64,000 nt of DNA from Dehalococcoidia bacterium (GTDB lineage Bacteria > Chloroflexota > Dehalococcoidia > Plut-88900): the NCBI GenBank assembly GCA_965197645.1, contig OZ240219.1:1248001-1312000 (forward strand). The letters run 5' to 3'. This document shows positions 31,971-41,378 of the stretch, piece by piece. Below the pieces are notes generated by a model. The model did not search any database and had not been told where the DNA came from. It worked only from the letters and a program-made list of their open reading frames with translations. Position 1 is the first letter of the stretch. Each line of letters opens with the position of its first letter. The position numbers and the translations under genes are program-made.

Positions 31971-32127
31971 TCTGAGGGTTGCAATTAAGAGGCACATCCT
32001 CCAAGTCACCGCAACCAGAACCGGAGGTACCGGGTCGTGGGTTGATTAACCGAGCCCAGGCATACCTATAAGGGAAAGAATGCCGCTGGACTTCCTCGTA
32101 TTTGAACCGCGCGGGAGCCGCTGAGGC

Positions 32128-32883
32128 TTACCGAAACAGGTCCCGCTCCGGCTCCATGATCAACCCCGCGGCTCCTATGTCGCTGCGGGCGTAGGTGTAC
32201 CCCCGGATTACGGCCACGGGGGTCCTCTCCAGCTTGCCGGTCACCAGCTCGGCGGCGGAGGCCAGCTCATCGGCGATGGCCACGGTAGTAACCTTCAGCT
32301 CGTGGCCGTAGTCGTCTGACTGGCCCACGTAGTCTCTGACCGGCTCCAGACCCGAAACTCCGATGGCCAAATCGATTATGCCCTGACGCCACGGGCGTCC
32401 GATACTGTCCGATATTATGACTGCCAGGCTGACTCCGGAGCCCTTCTCCAGGGTGGCCCGGATCGCTGTTGCCGAGGCGTCCGAGTCCTCGGGCAGCAGG
32501 CATACGGCTTCGTCCGCGCCCACGTTGGAGGCATCCACCCCGGCGTTGGCACACACCACGCCCTGCCGGTTTTCGGAGATGATTATCCCCTGGTCCATCT
32601 TGACGATTCGGTTGCTCTCTCGAAGCACCGTCTCCACGTGTCGAGGGTCCTTGTCCCACGCTTCGGCGATACGGCACGCCAGGTCCGAGGGCTGTACGTC
32701 GGCCAGGAACACGATTCTGCCCTCGGCCTTGGACACGATCTTTTGCTTGACCACAACCACGTCGTCCTGGGCAAGGGTGAGTCCCACCCGGGATGCGGCT
32801 TGGAGAATCCTCTCGCCGACGTCATCTCCCTCGGCGATTTCGGGCAGGTTGGACAGCCCCGTTATCTCTATCCGGCTGGCCAT
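32128..32883 (-). CDS. cofE: Coenzyme F420-0:L-glutamate ligase (short form, no nitroreductase domain)
   Basis: PEI..GDD, KIVSKAEG, ANAGVD.SN, SDSIGRPWR.G, DELASAA.LV.GK, DLFR. Confidence 0.96.
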   Translation of the reverse strand: MASRIEITGLSNLPEIAEGDDVGERILQAASRVGLTLAQDDVVVVKQKIVSKAEGRIVFLADVQPSDLACRIAEAWDKDPRHVETVLRESNRIVKMDQGIIISENRQGVVCANAGVDASNVGADEAVCLLPEDSDASATAIRATLEKGSGVSLAVIISDSIGRPWRQGIIDLAIGVSGLEPVRDYVGQSDDYGHELKVTTVAIADELASAAELVTGKLERTPVAVIRGYTYARSDIGAAGLIMEPERDLFR

Positions 32884-32889
32884 GTCCTT

Positions 32890-33549
32890 CTACACGCCCG
32901 TTATCTTGACCGAAGAGTGGGCCTTGTAGATGCGGTTGATGTTCAGCAGCAGGGCGGTGATCTCCTCCACGTATGTTGTGTTGGTCAACCCTCCGCCATC
33001 GACGGCCCGGATGCCTTCAATCTTCTCCGCCAACTCCTTCGTCTTGGCCTTGGCGTCCGCATCGTTCCCGGTGACTATCACGTCGCAGTCCATCTTCTCT
33101 TCCGGGTCCATGAGGGACTCGGCGCTCAGATTCTGGAAAGCCCCGATCACGGTGGCGTTGGGCAGGATGGCCTGCGCCTGTTCAGCGGCGGATCCTTCTT
33201 CGACAGGAACGGCCTTGATTACGCCCTTCCCAAACTTCAACGGCACGACGGTGCTGACGACCATCTTGTCGCCGATCTCCTCCTTGAGGGATTCGAGGGT
33301 GGGGACCTGGGCATCGAAGGGGACGGTCACCAGGATGACGTCTCCTGCTCGCACCGCCTCCTCGTTGACCAGTCCCTGGGGCTTGCCGGCGCCTTTAACG
33401 TCGGGACCGAGCATCGATGCCAGCTTCTCCGCAGCCTCCAGCGCCCGCTCCTCGCGTCGGGAGCCGATGGTGACGTCTTCTCCGGCAAGCAAGAAGCGGA
33501 AGGCGAGTCCCAGTCCCTCCGGTCCGGTCCCACCGATAAATGACAGCAT
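32890..33549 (-). CDS. npdG: NADPH-dependent F420 reductase
   Basis: GGTGPEG.GLA, IGSR...RA, VVPL, GSAAE, AFQNLSA, VE.IT.LL..IN..YK. Confidence 0.94.
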   Translation of the reverse strand: MLSFIGGTGPEGLGLAFRFLLAGEDVTIGSRREERALEAAEKLASMLGPDVKGAGKPQGLVNEEAVRAGDVILVTVPFDAQVPTLESLKEEIGDKMVVSTVVPLKFGKGVIKAVPVEEGSAAEQAQAILPNATVIGAFQNLSAESLMDPEEKMDCDVIVTGNDADAKAKTKELAEKIEGIRAVDGGGLTNTTYVEEITALLLNINRIYKAHSSVKITGV

Positions 33550-33794
33550 TAGATAGCCTCCTGGTTGAGTTATTGGGCCGGGGCCAATTATAGCAGAGCG
33601 AACGGCTCAGCCTGTAGTCAAAGCCTTGATAGATCAAGACCTTCTGGACTCGGAGGGCATAATGTAGGAAAGTAGCTCATGTGCCAGTTCTCCCTTCACG
33701 TATCACTCGGCGATGGAAGGGGAACGATTAGCCGGAGCGTCGCAGCTCTCGGTAGCTATGATCCGAAATCGGCCCTTGCTCGAAAGGAAATGAA

Positions 33795-34160
33795 TTGGCG
33801 AACGAAAGAGTAGTGGTAGCCCTGGAAGACAACCTGTTCTTCACCGGCAAGATCGATAACGCGGCCAGCGAGCTGGGATATCAGGTGCTCGTGGCGGGCG
33901 GGCCCTCCAAACTCGCCGAACTGATGAGCCGGCATCGTCCCTCCCTGGTTATCATGGACCTGAGCACGGAGGATATCGACTGGACGAAGACCCTGGGCAA
34001 CTTGAAGTCCGAACACCCGCAGGCGACTCTCCTCGCCTTTGGCCCTCATGTCGAAGAGGAGCTGCTCGAGACGGCATCAAACGCCGGCTGCGACCTGGTG
34101 CTGAGCCAGGGCGAGTTTTCCAGCCAGCTGCCCGATCTGCTCAAGACCTATGGCGGGTAG
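33795..34160 (+). CDS. Stand-alone atypical response regulator receiver domain
   Basis: ED acidic pair, IMDL phospho-Asp, AFGPHV; the conserved Lys is absent. Confidence 0.8.
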   Translation: MANERVVVALEDNLFFTGKIDNAASELGYQVLVAGGPSKLAELMSRHRPSLVIMDLSTEDIDWTKTLGNLKSEHPQATLLAFGPHVEEELLETASNAGCDLVLSQGEFSSQLPDLLKTYGG

Positions 34161-34390
34161 GACACGGGATACCGGCTCGACCACGCCATCTGTTTCTTGG
34201 TCCGCTCTGTTGCCCTGTCCGGCAGTCCGCCGCTGAGCCGGAAACTGGGCCTATTCCACCGAAGTTATGCGCCATTTTTCTCAACGAAGTCCGTATGAAA
34301 TGTGTTATAATCGGGTTCCACCACACTCCTCGTTAGCGGCTAACCGCAGCCGCCGACGCTTAGACCAACTTAGCTCAGAGGAGGGGCTCT

Positions 34391-35065
34391 ATGCCAGCAA
34401 TTACCATACGAGGACAGCTAGGCAGCGGCGTATACCTGATAGCCCCGGAAGTCGCTCGCATCATGGACGTGAGGTACGTTGACCGGCAGGTCCTCAGCGA
34501 GATAGCCAAGCACCTGGAAACGACCGTTGAGGAAGTGGCCGACATCGACCACGTGCCCTGGGGCCTTAGGGAGAGGATAGCCAAGGAGTTGGGCCGGGCC
34601 TTTGAGCAGATCTCGGCCGGTCCGGTAGCTCCCTTCGACCTGGGACCGCACTACGTTCCCACCGGCGAAGTGTTGACCGAAGAGAAGTACATAACCGCGC
34701 TCCAGGCAGTGATACACGACCTGGCGGAAGCCGAGGACGTTGTGCTTATGAGTCGAGGGGCGCAGCTTGTGCTGAAGGACCATCCGGGCTCCCTCCACAT
34801 CTACCTGCATGCTCCCGTCGTAGTCCGAGTTCCCAGGGTGATGGACTACTTCCACGTGGAGGAAGAAGAGGCCAGGAAGCGCATCGAGGAATCGGACAAG
34901 GCCCATATAGCCTTCCTCAAGAAGTACTTCAAGGCCGACGTTGAGGATATGAGCCACTACGACCTGGTGATCAACACCCGCAAGGTCAGCCCCAGGGAGG
35001 CGATCGATATGATCATCTCGCTGGTCAAGAAGACGGACGATGTGGCCGAGCCGGTGAGCACCTAG
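34391..35065 (+). CDS. Cytidylate kinase-like family protein
   Basis: ITIRGQLGSG, V..SRGAQ..L, D..H......YF, YDLVINT. Confidence 0.88.
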   Translation: MPAITIRGQLGSGVYLIAPEVARIMDVRYVDRQVLSEIAKHLETTVEEVADIDHVPWGLRERIAKELGRAFEQISAGPVAPFDLGPHYVPTGEVLTEEKYITALQAVIHDLAEAEDVVLMSRGAQLVLKDHPGSLHIYLHAPVVVRVPRVMDYFHVEEEEARKRIEESDKAHIAFLKKYFKADVEDMSHYDLVINTRKVSPREAIDMIISLVKKTDDVAEPVST

Positions 35066-35089
35066 ACCCTCCCTCGGATCTTTCGCGTA

Positions 35090-35506
35090 TCAGATTGTCC
35101 CGTAGACGTGCTCCGGCACCACGATAATCGCCGAGCGTTGCTGCTCGATCATGGCCTGGTCGTACTCCTCCCAGTCCGGATGCTCTTCATCCGCCGCCAC
35201 CCGGTAAACGTCCCTCAAGGCGAGGCGCAGCTCCTTGGGATCGGTAACGCCCGGCGATAGCAGTTCGGCGTGGCCCTCCAGTACTAGGAAGCCCCACCAG
35301 TCCGATTCAGAGACCAGCAGGCTGCACCGGCGGTCTCGTTTCAGGTTTACCAACTTCGCCAGACCCTCCTGGGTGGTGAAGGCCGCCCCGTCTCGATACA
35401 AGCCGACGGTAACTATGCTCATCTGGGCGGCGCCGTTCTTCCGAAATGTCGTCAGGACGGCGTTGTGGTTTTCGGCCAGGAACTTCTTCATGCCGTCAGT
35501 AAGCAT
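35090..35506 (-). CDS. PPOX-class (split beta-barrel) putative F420-dependent oxidoreductase
   Basis: AVLTTFRKNG..QMS.V, K..NL.RD.R.SL, EHPDWEEY..AM. Confidence 0.88.
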   Translation of the reverse strand: MLTDGMKKFLAENHNAVLTTFRKNGAAQMSIVTVGLYRDGAAFTTQEGLAKLVNLKRDRRCSLLVSESDWWGFLVLEGHAELLSPGVTDPKELRLALRDVYRVAADEEHPDWEEYDQAMIEQQRSAIIVVPEHVYGTI

Positions 35507-35512
35507 CTCTTG

Positions 35513-35902
35513 CTACCCCTGCTCGATATGAGCGATCCCCTCGATCTCGATGAGCCATTCGGGCTTTGCCAGACCGGCGACAACCACCGTCGAGTTACAG
35601 GGCGGGTTGTCTCCGTAGGCTTCCTCCCGGGCTTTGGCCACAGCGGGGTATTGGTTAATGTGGGTGATGAAAGTGACGGTCTTCACCATGTTGGCTATGC
35701 TGCCGCCGTGGGCCCGGCATAGCTTGTCGAGATTGCTGTAAATCTGCTTCAGTTGGGCGTCGGGATCGTTCCCGCCGATGGTGTTCATGTTCTCGTCCAG
35801 GGATACCTGGCCGGATATGTGGACCGTGTTCCCGACTCTGACCGTCGCGCTCAGCCCCGTCAGGTGATATACGGTGTCCGGGTTGACTCGCTGGATAGGC
35901 AT
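35513..35902 (-). CDS. RidA/YjgF family protein
   Basis: ISGQV, PPCNSTVVV.GLA.PEWLIEIEGIA. Confidence 0.9.
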   Translation of the reverse strand: MPIQRVNPDTVYHLTGLSATVRVGNTVHISGQVSLDENMNTIGGNDPDAQLKQIYSNLDKLCRAHGGSIANMVKTVTFITHINQYPAVAKAREEAYGDNPPCNSTVVVAGLAKPEWLIEIEGIAHIEQG

Positions 35903-35951
35903 AGCTCGCCTCCTCTACGAATGCATTGAGATTCAGGTACATTATACCTTC

Positions 35952-36485
35952 ATGACCCGCTAGAGAAATCGGCTCCCCATTCAGGTGCCGGTCTACCTTG
36001 TGCGATACTCGGCAGGGGACTGGCAGTACCTGATGCTGCGCCGCGTACCCGAAAGGGGAGGCTTCTGGCAGGGCGTCACAGGAGGAGTCGAGGAAGGAGA
36101 GCGGCTCATCGACGCCGCCCGGCGTGAGGTTATGGAAGAGACTGGCCTACGTCCTAACACGATAATACCCATCGACTACTCTTGCACCTTTCCTCTCGAG
36201 GAGCGGTGGAAGCAGCTCTACGCGGAGGACGTGGACGAGATCGTCGAGCACGTCTTCGTCGCATGCACTGATGGAGCCACCCCCACCCCCTCCGATGAAC
36301 ACGACGCCTGGAGACGGTGCGGTGTGGACGAAGCTGTCAGCCTGCCCGACTGGGAACAAACTATCGAGGCCCTGACCAGGTGCCACCGTCTTCTACAAAC
36401 GCAGATGTTAGTCGAGTGGTGGACCTCTAGCGAAAGGCGCCGATCACTTCCTGGGCGGCCTGGTAATCTCGCCCGCCACCCTTGA
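35952..36485 (+). pseudogene. NUDIX hydrolase (NudB-like), probably pseudogenised
   Basis: FWQGVTGGVEEGE...AARREVMEETG Nudix box; ATG at 35952 followed by in-frame TAG at 35961; 3' end runs 59 bp into metF; an intact gene from GTG 35985 cannot be excluded. Confidence 0.6.
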
Positions 36486-37275
36486 CTATCGGCGGCACTA
36501 GGTAGAAGGTGTCCAGCCCCGCTCCATGCAGGTCCTCGATCACTTCCACGGCGATCTTGACGCCCGTTTTGCCTTTTGCCAGATCGTTTCTTACTCTCCG
36601 GGGTACGTTGGCGAAGACCACGCCGTCCTTGACGAGCACCTGGACCCCGAAAAAGACCGGGACTTCGTCGGACCCCAGCGAGCTGGCGAACTTCAGGGCA
36701 GTATCCGGATCGAACACCGGCTGTGTAACGAGAAAGTCCACCCCCGCCTCCACCTTCTTCCTGGCGAGTCTCACCTCCCTATCGAGGCCCTTGCCCAGGT
36801 CTATCCCCGCCCCGACGCAAAGATCTACCGAGTTGTCCAGCGTCCGCCCCCTGAAGTCCAGGCCCTCGTTCATCGACTTTATCGAAGCGATCAGATCGGT
36901 GGGAGTAAACTTGGCCGATGGGCTCAGCTGCAGAGGCTCTGTTTCGGGGAAAGGGTCGCCTTCCAGCACGAGCACATTCTCCAGGCCGAGGGCGGCGGCT
37001 CCCAGCAGATGGGTCTGCATGGCGAGCTTGTTCATGTCCCTGCAGGCGACGTTGAAGACCACATCTTTGGACAGACGTTCCTTGATCAGGTGGGCCGTAA
37101 CCACGGAGTCCAGCCTGACGGACCGGCCCGGGCCGTACGCCACGCAGATAAATTCGGCGTCCAGGCCGCGCGCCGCATCCAGCTTTCCGATGTCCGAGCC
37201 GCGCGGAGGCGAGAAATCACAGAGAAACAGGGGCCCGTCTCCTCGGCTGGCCAGCTTTTCGGTTACTTTAGCCAT
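36427..37275 (-). CDS. metF: Methylenetetrahydrofolate reductase family protein
   Basis: PPRG, CRDMN, G..NVL...GD, KKVEAG.DF..TQPVFD. Confidence 0.85.
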   Translation of the reverse strand: MAKVTEKLASRGDGPLFLCDFSPPRGSDIGKLDAARGLDAEFICVAYGPGRSVRLDSVVTAHLIKERLSKDVVFNVACRDMNKLAMQTHLLGAAALGLENVLVLEGDPFPETEPLQLSPSAKFTPTDLIASIKSMNEGLDFRGRTLDNSVDLCVGAGIDLGKGLDREVRLARKKVEAGVDFLVTQPVFDPDTALKFASSLGSDEVPVFFGVQVLVKDGVVFANVPRRVRNDLAKGKTGVKIAVEVIEDLHGAGLDTFYLVPPIVKGGGRDYQAAQEVIGAFR

Positions 37276-37355
37276 GAACGGAAACTCACTTCATTCCACG
37301 TCATCGCCACGAAGTCGGCCCGCAGAAGCTGGTCTCAAATCCCCGCATTCCAGAA

Positions 37356-37502
37356 GTTCAGGGGGTTTCCCTCTGGCAGGGGGTCCGGGGGACGTGCCCC
37401 CGGCCACAAAGCGTCCCAGGGCGGGTGGAAGACAAACCCGGGACAGGGGCGCCTCCGGAATGCAATACGGGTTGGGAGGGAGGGAAAACCACCTCGGTGG
37501 GC
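37356..37502. repeat. Composite palindromic intergenic element
   Basis: CCCTCTGGCAGGGGGT, CCGGGGGACGTGCCCCCGG, GGGCGGGTGG, GAATGCAATAC, GGGAGGGAAAACCACC. Confidence 0.8.
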
Positions 37503-37519
37503 GGTGACAATCTCAGCCG

Positions 37520-38365
37520 CTACCGCAGATTCTTGAGCCGCTCGGCGGCCTCGGCCCGGTCACGTTCCTCTTCCTTGGCCGCCCACGTGAAGAAGATGAT
37601 GCCGGCGGCTGCGACCAGTATCATAAACCCGGGCAGCTTCATCATGACCCCGCCGATCTGCTGGTCCGCCGCAGCGGAGATTCCCCAAAGCCTGGGCGCC
37701 TGTTCATAGGTGGCGTACAGCACATCGTTCGAGAAGGTGATGAGACCGCCGATGATGGCCGGGGGCATGGAGAGAAGGAACAGATAGAGCACCTGTCCCC
37801 CGTAGGGCAATCGAGGCAACTCCGGCAGGGGGCTCAGCACCGGCCACCACATCAACACCCCGGCGGCCATGAACACCAGGTGCTGAATGATGTGGACGAT
37901 CAGGTGATTGAGGCCGGCTTCGTAGATAGCCGGCACATGCCAGATGGCGAAGACTCCGTTGAAGATCAGAAAGGCGGCAACGGGATGCGTGAGCACCTTG
38001 GCTACGGAGAAGACCGTGGTCGACCGGAGAATCGGTCGGATCAACCATCCCGGTGTGCCCATGAGCAGCAGGGGCGGCACTACCAGCGTAAGGATGAGGT
38101 GCTGCACCATGTGGGCGCTGAACAGAAACTCGTCGCTCAGCAAGTCCAACGGCGAGTGAAGGGCGAAGAATATGGCCCAGACCCCCAGGGTGAAGGAGAT
38201 GATCCTCTTCGAGTCCACCTCCTCGGCCCAGCCGTAACGCTGGCGGAGAGGTATTACAGCAAGTAGGTAAGCGGCTTCCAGCAGTACCACCCCGACGACT
38301 ACGCTGGGGTCTCCGCTCCAGTCAGTCCAGGAAAACTCCGGGGTGTGCCCTCCGTGGGCTAGCAC
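37520..38365 (-). CDS. ctaG: Cytochrome c oxidase assembly factor (caa3 CtaG family)
   Basis: SPL....LFSAHMVQH, PPLLL.G.P, WH.P, H..QH, DQQIGG..M. Confidence 0.93.
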   Translation of the reverse strand: MLAHGGHTPEFSWTDWSGDPSVVVGVVLLEAAYLLAVIPLRQRYGWAEEVDSKRIISFTLGVWAIFFALHSPLDLLSDEFLFSAHMVQHLILTLVVPPLLLMGTPGWLIRPILRSTTVFSVAKVLTHPVAAFLIFNGVFAIWHVPAIYEAGLNHLIVHIIQHLVFMAAGVLMWWPVLSPLPELPRLPYGGQVLYLFLLSMPPAIIGGLITFSNDVLYATYEQAPRLWGISAAADQQIGGVMMKLPGFMILVAAAGIIFFTWAAKEEERDRAEAAERLKNLR

Positions 38366-38416
38366 TATGGGCTACCAATCCAGCGACTGTACGATTTGAG
38401 CTGCTGAGCGCCGGGG

Positions 38417-38722
38417 CTAATCGGAGAACATTCGGAACAGGCCCAGCAGAGCGATCGCCACTATCACCGCCAACACGAAGCCGGCTACGAAGAACCGGGT
38501 GAAGATCTTGGCATCGAACTTCAGGTGCATGTAGAAGAGGACGACTATGGCGAACTTGACCGCGGAGAGTATCAGGAAGATGGCCAGAAACGCCGGTTCC
38601 AGGACGTCGATGTAGAAGACCGCCACTTCTACGGCCGTGATTACAGCCAGGATCACCGCTACCTTGATGTAAGTTAGCGGAGTGGGGTGGGCGGCTTCAG
38701 TTGGTGTGCTCTGCTGCTCCAT
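38417..38722 (-). CDS. ctaF: Cytochrome c oxidase subunit IV
   Basis: Three TM helices, IT.VEV, KF..V..FYMHLKFD. Confidence 0.9.
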   Translation of the reverse strand: MEQQSTPTEAAHPTPLTYIKVAVILAVITAVEVAVFYIDVLEPAFLAIFLILSAVKFAIVVLFYMHLKFDAKIFTRFFVAGFVLAVIVAIALLGLFRMFSD

Positions 38723-38758
38723 CTACAGTCCCTTTGGTCAGATGGCCCTTTCCTTTGG

Positions 38759-39433
38759 TCAGACGGTTGGTAGTGCTGCCGCTATGCCCTCGGAGAGCAT
38801 GGCGACCTCATGCCCTAACTCGGGGCCGTCCTCCCCTCCAACCAGGTATATCAGGGTGAAGATGACGATCCAAACGATGTCTACGAAGTGCCAGTAGAGG
38901 CCCGCAAGTTCCACTCGGAGGCTGTGCTCCTGCTTGAGATTGCCCTGCAGCGATTGCCCGAACAGCGAGACCAGCCATATCACCCCCACCGTCACGTGGG
39001 CTCCGTGAAAGCCGGTAAGCACGAAGAAGGTGGTCCCGAACAGGTTGGTCCTGGGGGTAAGCCCATGCAACCAAAACTCCCTGAACTCGAACACCTGGAA
39101 TCCGAGGAAGGTGCTACCCAGCAGGGCGGTGCCCAGGATCCACACCCGGAAGGAGCGTTCATCGCCTTTGGTGATGGCGTTCAGCGTCATTACCATCATG
39201 AAGCTGCTCATGAGCAACACGAAGGTGCTGACCGAGGTGACGGGAACGTCGATGATGTCTTCGGGATAGGGCCCGACGAGGCTCTTGTTCCTGTACACCA
39301 GATAAGTCGAGATCAGCGTGCCGAAGAAGAGGCACTCTGATCCCAGGAAGGCCCACATGACCAGCTTGCGATTGTCCAGGCCGGTGGTGGTCTCCAGCTC
39401 AGGAGAGTGTTCTACGGGGTGAGCCTCCGCCAA
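38759..39433 (-). CDS. ctaE: Cytochrome c oxidase subunit III
   Basis: FLGSE..FF, FF.LTGFHGAHV, GLYWHFVDIVW. Confidence 0.95.
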   Translation of the reverse strand: MAEAHPVEHSPELETTTGLDNRKLVMWAFLGSECLFFGTLISTYLVYRNKSLVGPYPEDIIDVPVTSVSTFVLLMSSFMMVMTLNAITKGDERSFRVWILGTALLGSTFLGFQVFEFREFWLHGLTPRTNLFGTTFFVLTGFHGAHVTVGVIWLVSLFGQSLQGNLKQEHSLRVELAGLYWHFVDIVWIVIFTLIYLVGGEDGPELGHEVAMLSEGIAAALPTV

Positions 39434-39449
39434 TTGGTACTACTCCTTA

Positions 39450-41315
39450 CTACTCGTGGGATTCCGGTTCTGCGGCCCAGCCATAAAGCCCGATGGCCGT
39501 TATGCTGACGCCTATTGCACTGTACCAGGGATGAATGACGAACAACGCCCCGGCCAGGGCCAGTCCTACTGCCGTTATCAACGGATAGTAGGAGGGGCTG
39601 GGCATGTGAATGTCGTGATGCTCTTCCTCGCCGTAAGCCGCCTCTACGGGTCCGTTGGACGCTTCGATGGGTCCGTTGGAATGTCCCGCCTCCATCTTCG
39701 CGTCCCAGTGGGGCTCCCGGCTGTGCACCGTGGGAATCTCGACGAAGTTGTAGTGAGGCGGAGGCGAGGGTATCGACCACTCCAGGGTTCTTCCGTCCCA
39801 CGGGTCCGCGCCGGCCCTTTCTCCCTTGATCCAGGACCGCAGGAAGTTATGCACGAATATCATGATGGAAACGGCCAAGAGAAACGCCCCCACCGTCTGC
39901 AACAGGTTGTAGGGTTCCCAGCCGGCGTCGGCGGGATAGGTGCCGACTCTTCGAGGCATGCCAACCAGTCCCAGTATATGCATCGGGAAGAAGGTGAGGT
40001 TGGCGGCTATCATCGTCAACCAGAAGTGGGTCTTGCCCAAGGTCTCGCTCATCAGCTTGCCGGTCATCTTGGGGAACCAGTAGTAGATTCCGGCGAATAT
40101 GCCCATGATGCTGCCGCCGAAGAGCACGTAGTGCAGGTGAGCGACGATGTAGTAGGTGTCCTGCTGCTGCAGATCGGACGGCGGGGACGCGTGGGTTATG
40201 CCGCTAAGCCCTCCAAGGATGAACATGGCGATAAAGCCAATCGCGAAAAGCATAGAGCTACTAAGGCGTATGGAGCCTCCCCACATCGTCCCCATCCAAT
40301 TGAATATCTTCACCCCCGTGGGTATGGCGATGAGCATGGTCGTCATGGCGAACACCGAGTTCGCTATCGGGCCGAGTCCCACGGTGAACATGTGGTGACT
40401 CCACACGCCCCAGCCCATGAACCCTATGACGATTCCGGAAAAGATGACGAAGGAGTACCCGAACAGGGGCTTCCGGGAGAAGGTGGGTATCACTTCCGAT
40501 ACGATTCCCATGGCAGGCAGGATCAGGATGTACACCTCGGGGTGACCAAACAGCCAGAACACGTGCTGCCACAGAACAGGGTCTCCGCCGGCCGTCGTGT
40601 CGAAGAAGTTGGTGCCGAAGCTCCGGTCGAACAGTATCTGTATCAGCCCAACTGTGATCACCGGAAACGCCGTCACCAGCAACACCGAGGTTACCAACGT
40701 CATCCACACAAAGGGAGGCATCCTCATCAAACGCATTCCCGGCGCCCTCATGTTCACGATGGTTACCAGGAAGTTGAATGCACCCGCCAGGGAGGATATC
40801 CCCAACACCAGCAAGCCCAGGCTGTAGAAGGTCATGCCGTCGTTGACGGAGAAGGGCTTTTCGGTGAGGTTGGCGTAGGCGAACCATCCCGCGTCCGGAG
40901 AGCCCATCCCGGAGATGAACCCTCCGTTGAGTAGCAGGCCTCCAAACAGGAAGACCCAGTAGCTGAGGGCGTTCAGCCTGGGGAAGGCAACGTCTCGAGC
41001 GCCGATCATCAGGGGCACGACCAAGTTGAAGAAGGCGACGCTCAAGGGCATCACGCCCAGGAAGATCATGCTCAGGGCGTGCATGGTGAAGAGCTGGTTG
41101 AAGGTCTCGGCGTCTACCAGCGTGCTGTCGGCCCGGGCGAGCTGAAGACGAATGATTAGGGCTTCTATCCCCGCGGTGAGGAAGAAGACCAGGGCCGTAA
41201 CCAGGTACAGTATCCCGATCCGCTTGTGATCGACGGTGGTGACCCAGCTCCAAATGGCATCGATCGCCTTTGGTCTGCCTAGGGCACCCTCGACTGTTCT
41301 ATCTACCGTCGCCAC
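39450..41315 (-). CDS. ctaD: Cytochrome c oxidase subunit I (type A1)
   Basis: DHKRIG, FWLFGHPEVYI, WSHH, PTGVK, AHLHY. Confidence 0.98.
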   Translation of the reverse strand: MATVDRTVEGALGRPKAIDAIWSWVTTVDHKRIGILYLVTALVFFLTAGIEALIIRLQLARADSTLVDAETFNQLFTMHALSMIFLGVMPLSVAFFNLVVPLMIGARDVAFPRLNALSYWVFLFGGLLLNGGFISGMGSPDAGWFAYANLTEKPFSVNDGMTFYSLGLLVLGISSLAGAFNFLVTIVNMRAPGMRLMRMPPFVWMTLVTSVLLVTAFPVITVGLIQILFDRSFGTNFFDTTAGGDPVLWQHVFWLFGHPEVYILILPAMGIVSEVIPTFSRKPLFGYSFVIFSGIVIGFMGWGVWSHHMFTVGLGPIANSVFAMTTMLIAIPTGVKIFNWMGTMWGGSIRLSSSMLFAIGFIAMFILGGLSGITHASPPSDLQQQDTYYIVAHLHYVLFGGSIMGIFAGIYYWFPKMTGKLMSETLGKTHFWLTMIAANLTFFPMHILGLVGMPRRVGTYPADAGWEPYNLLQTVGAFLLAVSIMIFVHNFLRSWIKGERAGADPWDGRTLEWSIPSPPPHYNFVEIPTVHSREPHWDAKMEAGHSNGPIEASNGPVEAAYGEEEHHDIHMPSPSYYPLITAVGLALAGALFVIHPWYSAIGVSITAIGLYGWAAEPESHE

Positions 41316-41378
41316 CTGGCTCCTCCTGATTGCTGGTTACCGCGATTATAAGCTTTTTTCGAGTGCCTGCTCAACTGG

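Noticed and set aside
33625-33638. FNR-like site CTTGATAGATCAAG
   Set aside because: Half-sites are separated by 2 nt rather than the required 4
35961-35963. Pyrrolysine recoding of the in-frame TAG in the NUDIX gene
   Set aside because: Non-catalytic position, other signs of decay, and no pyl context in the window
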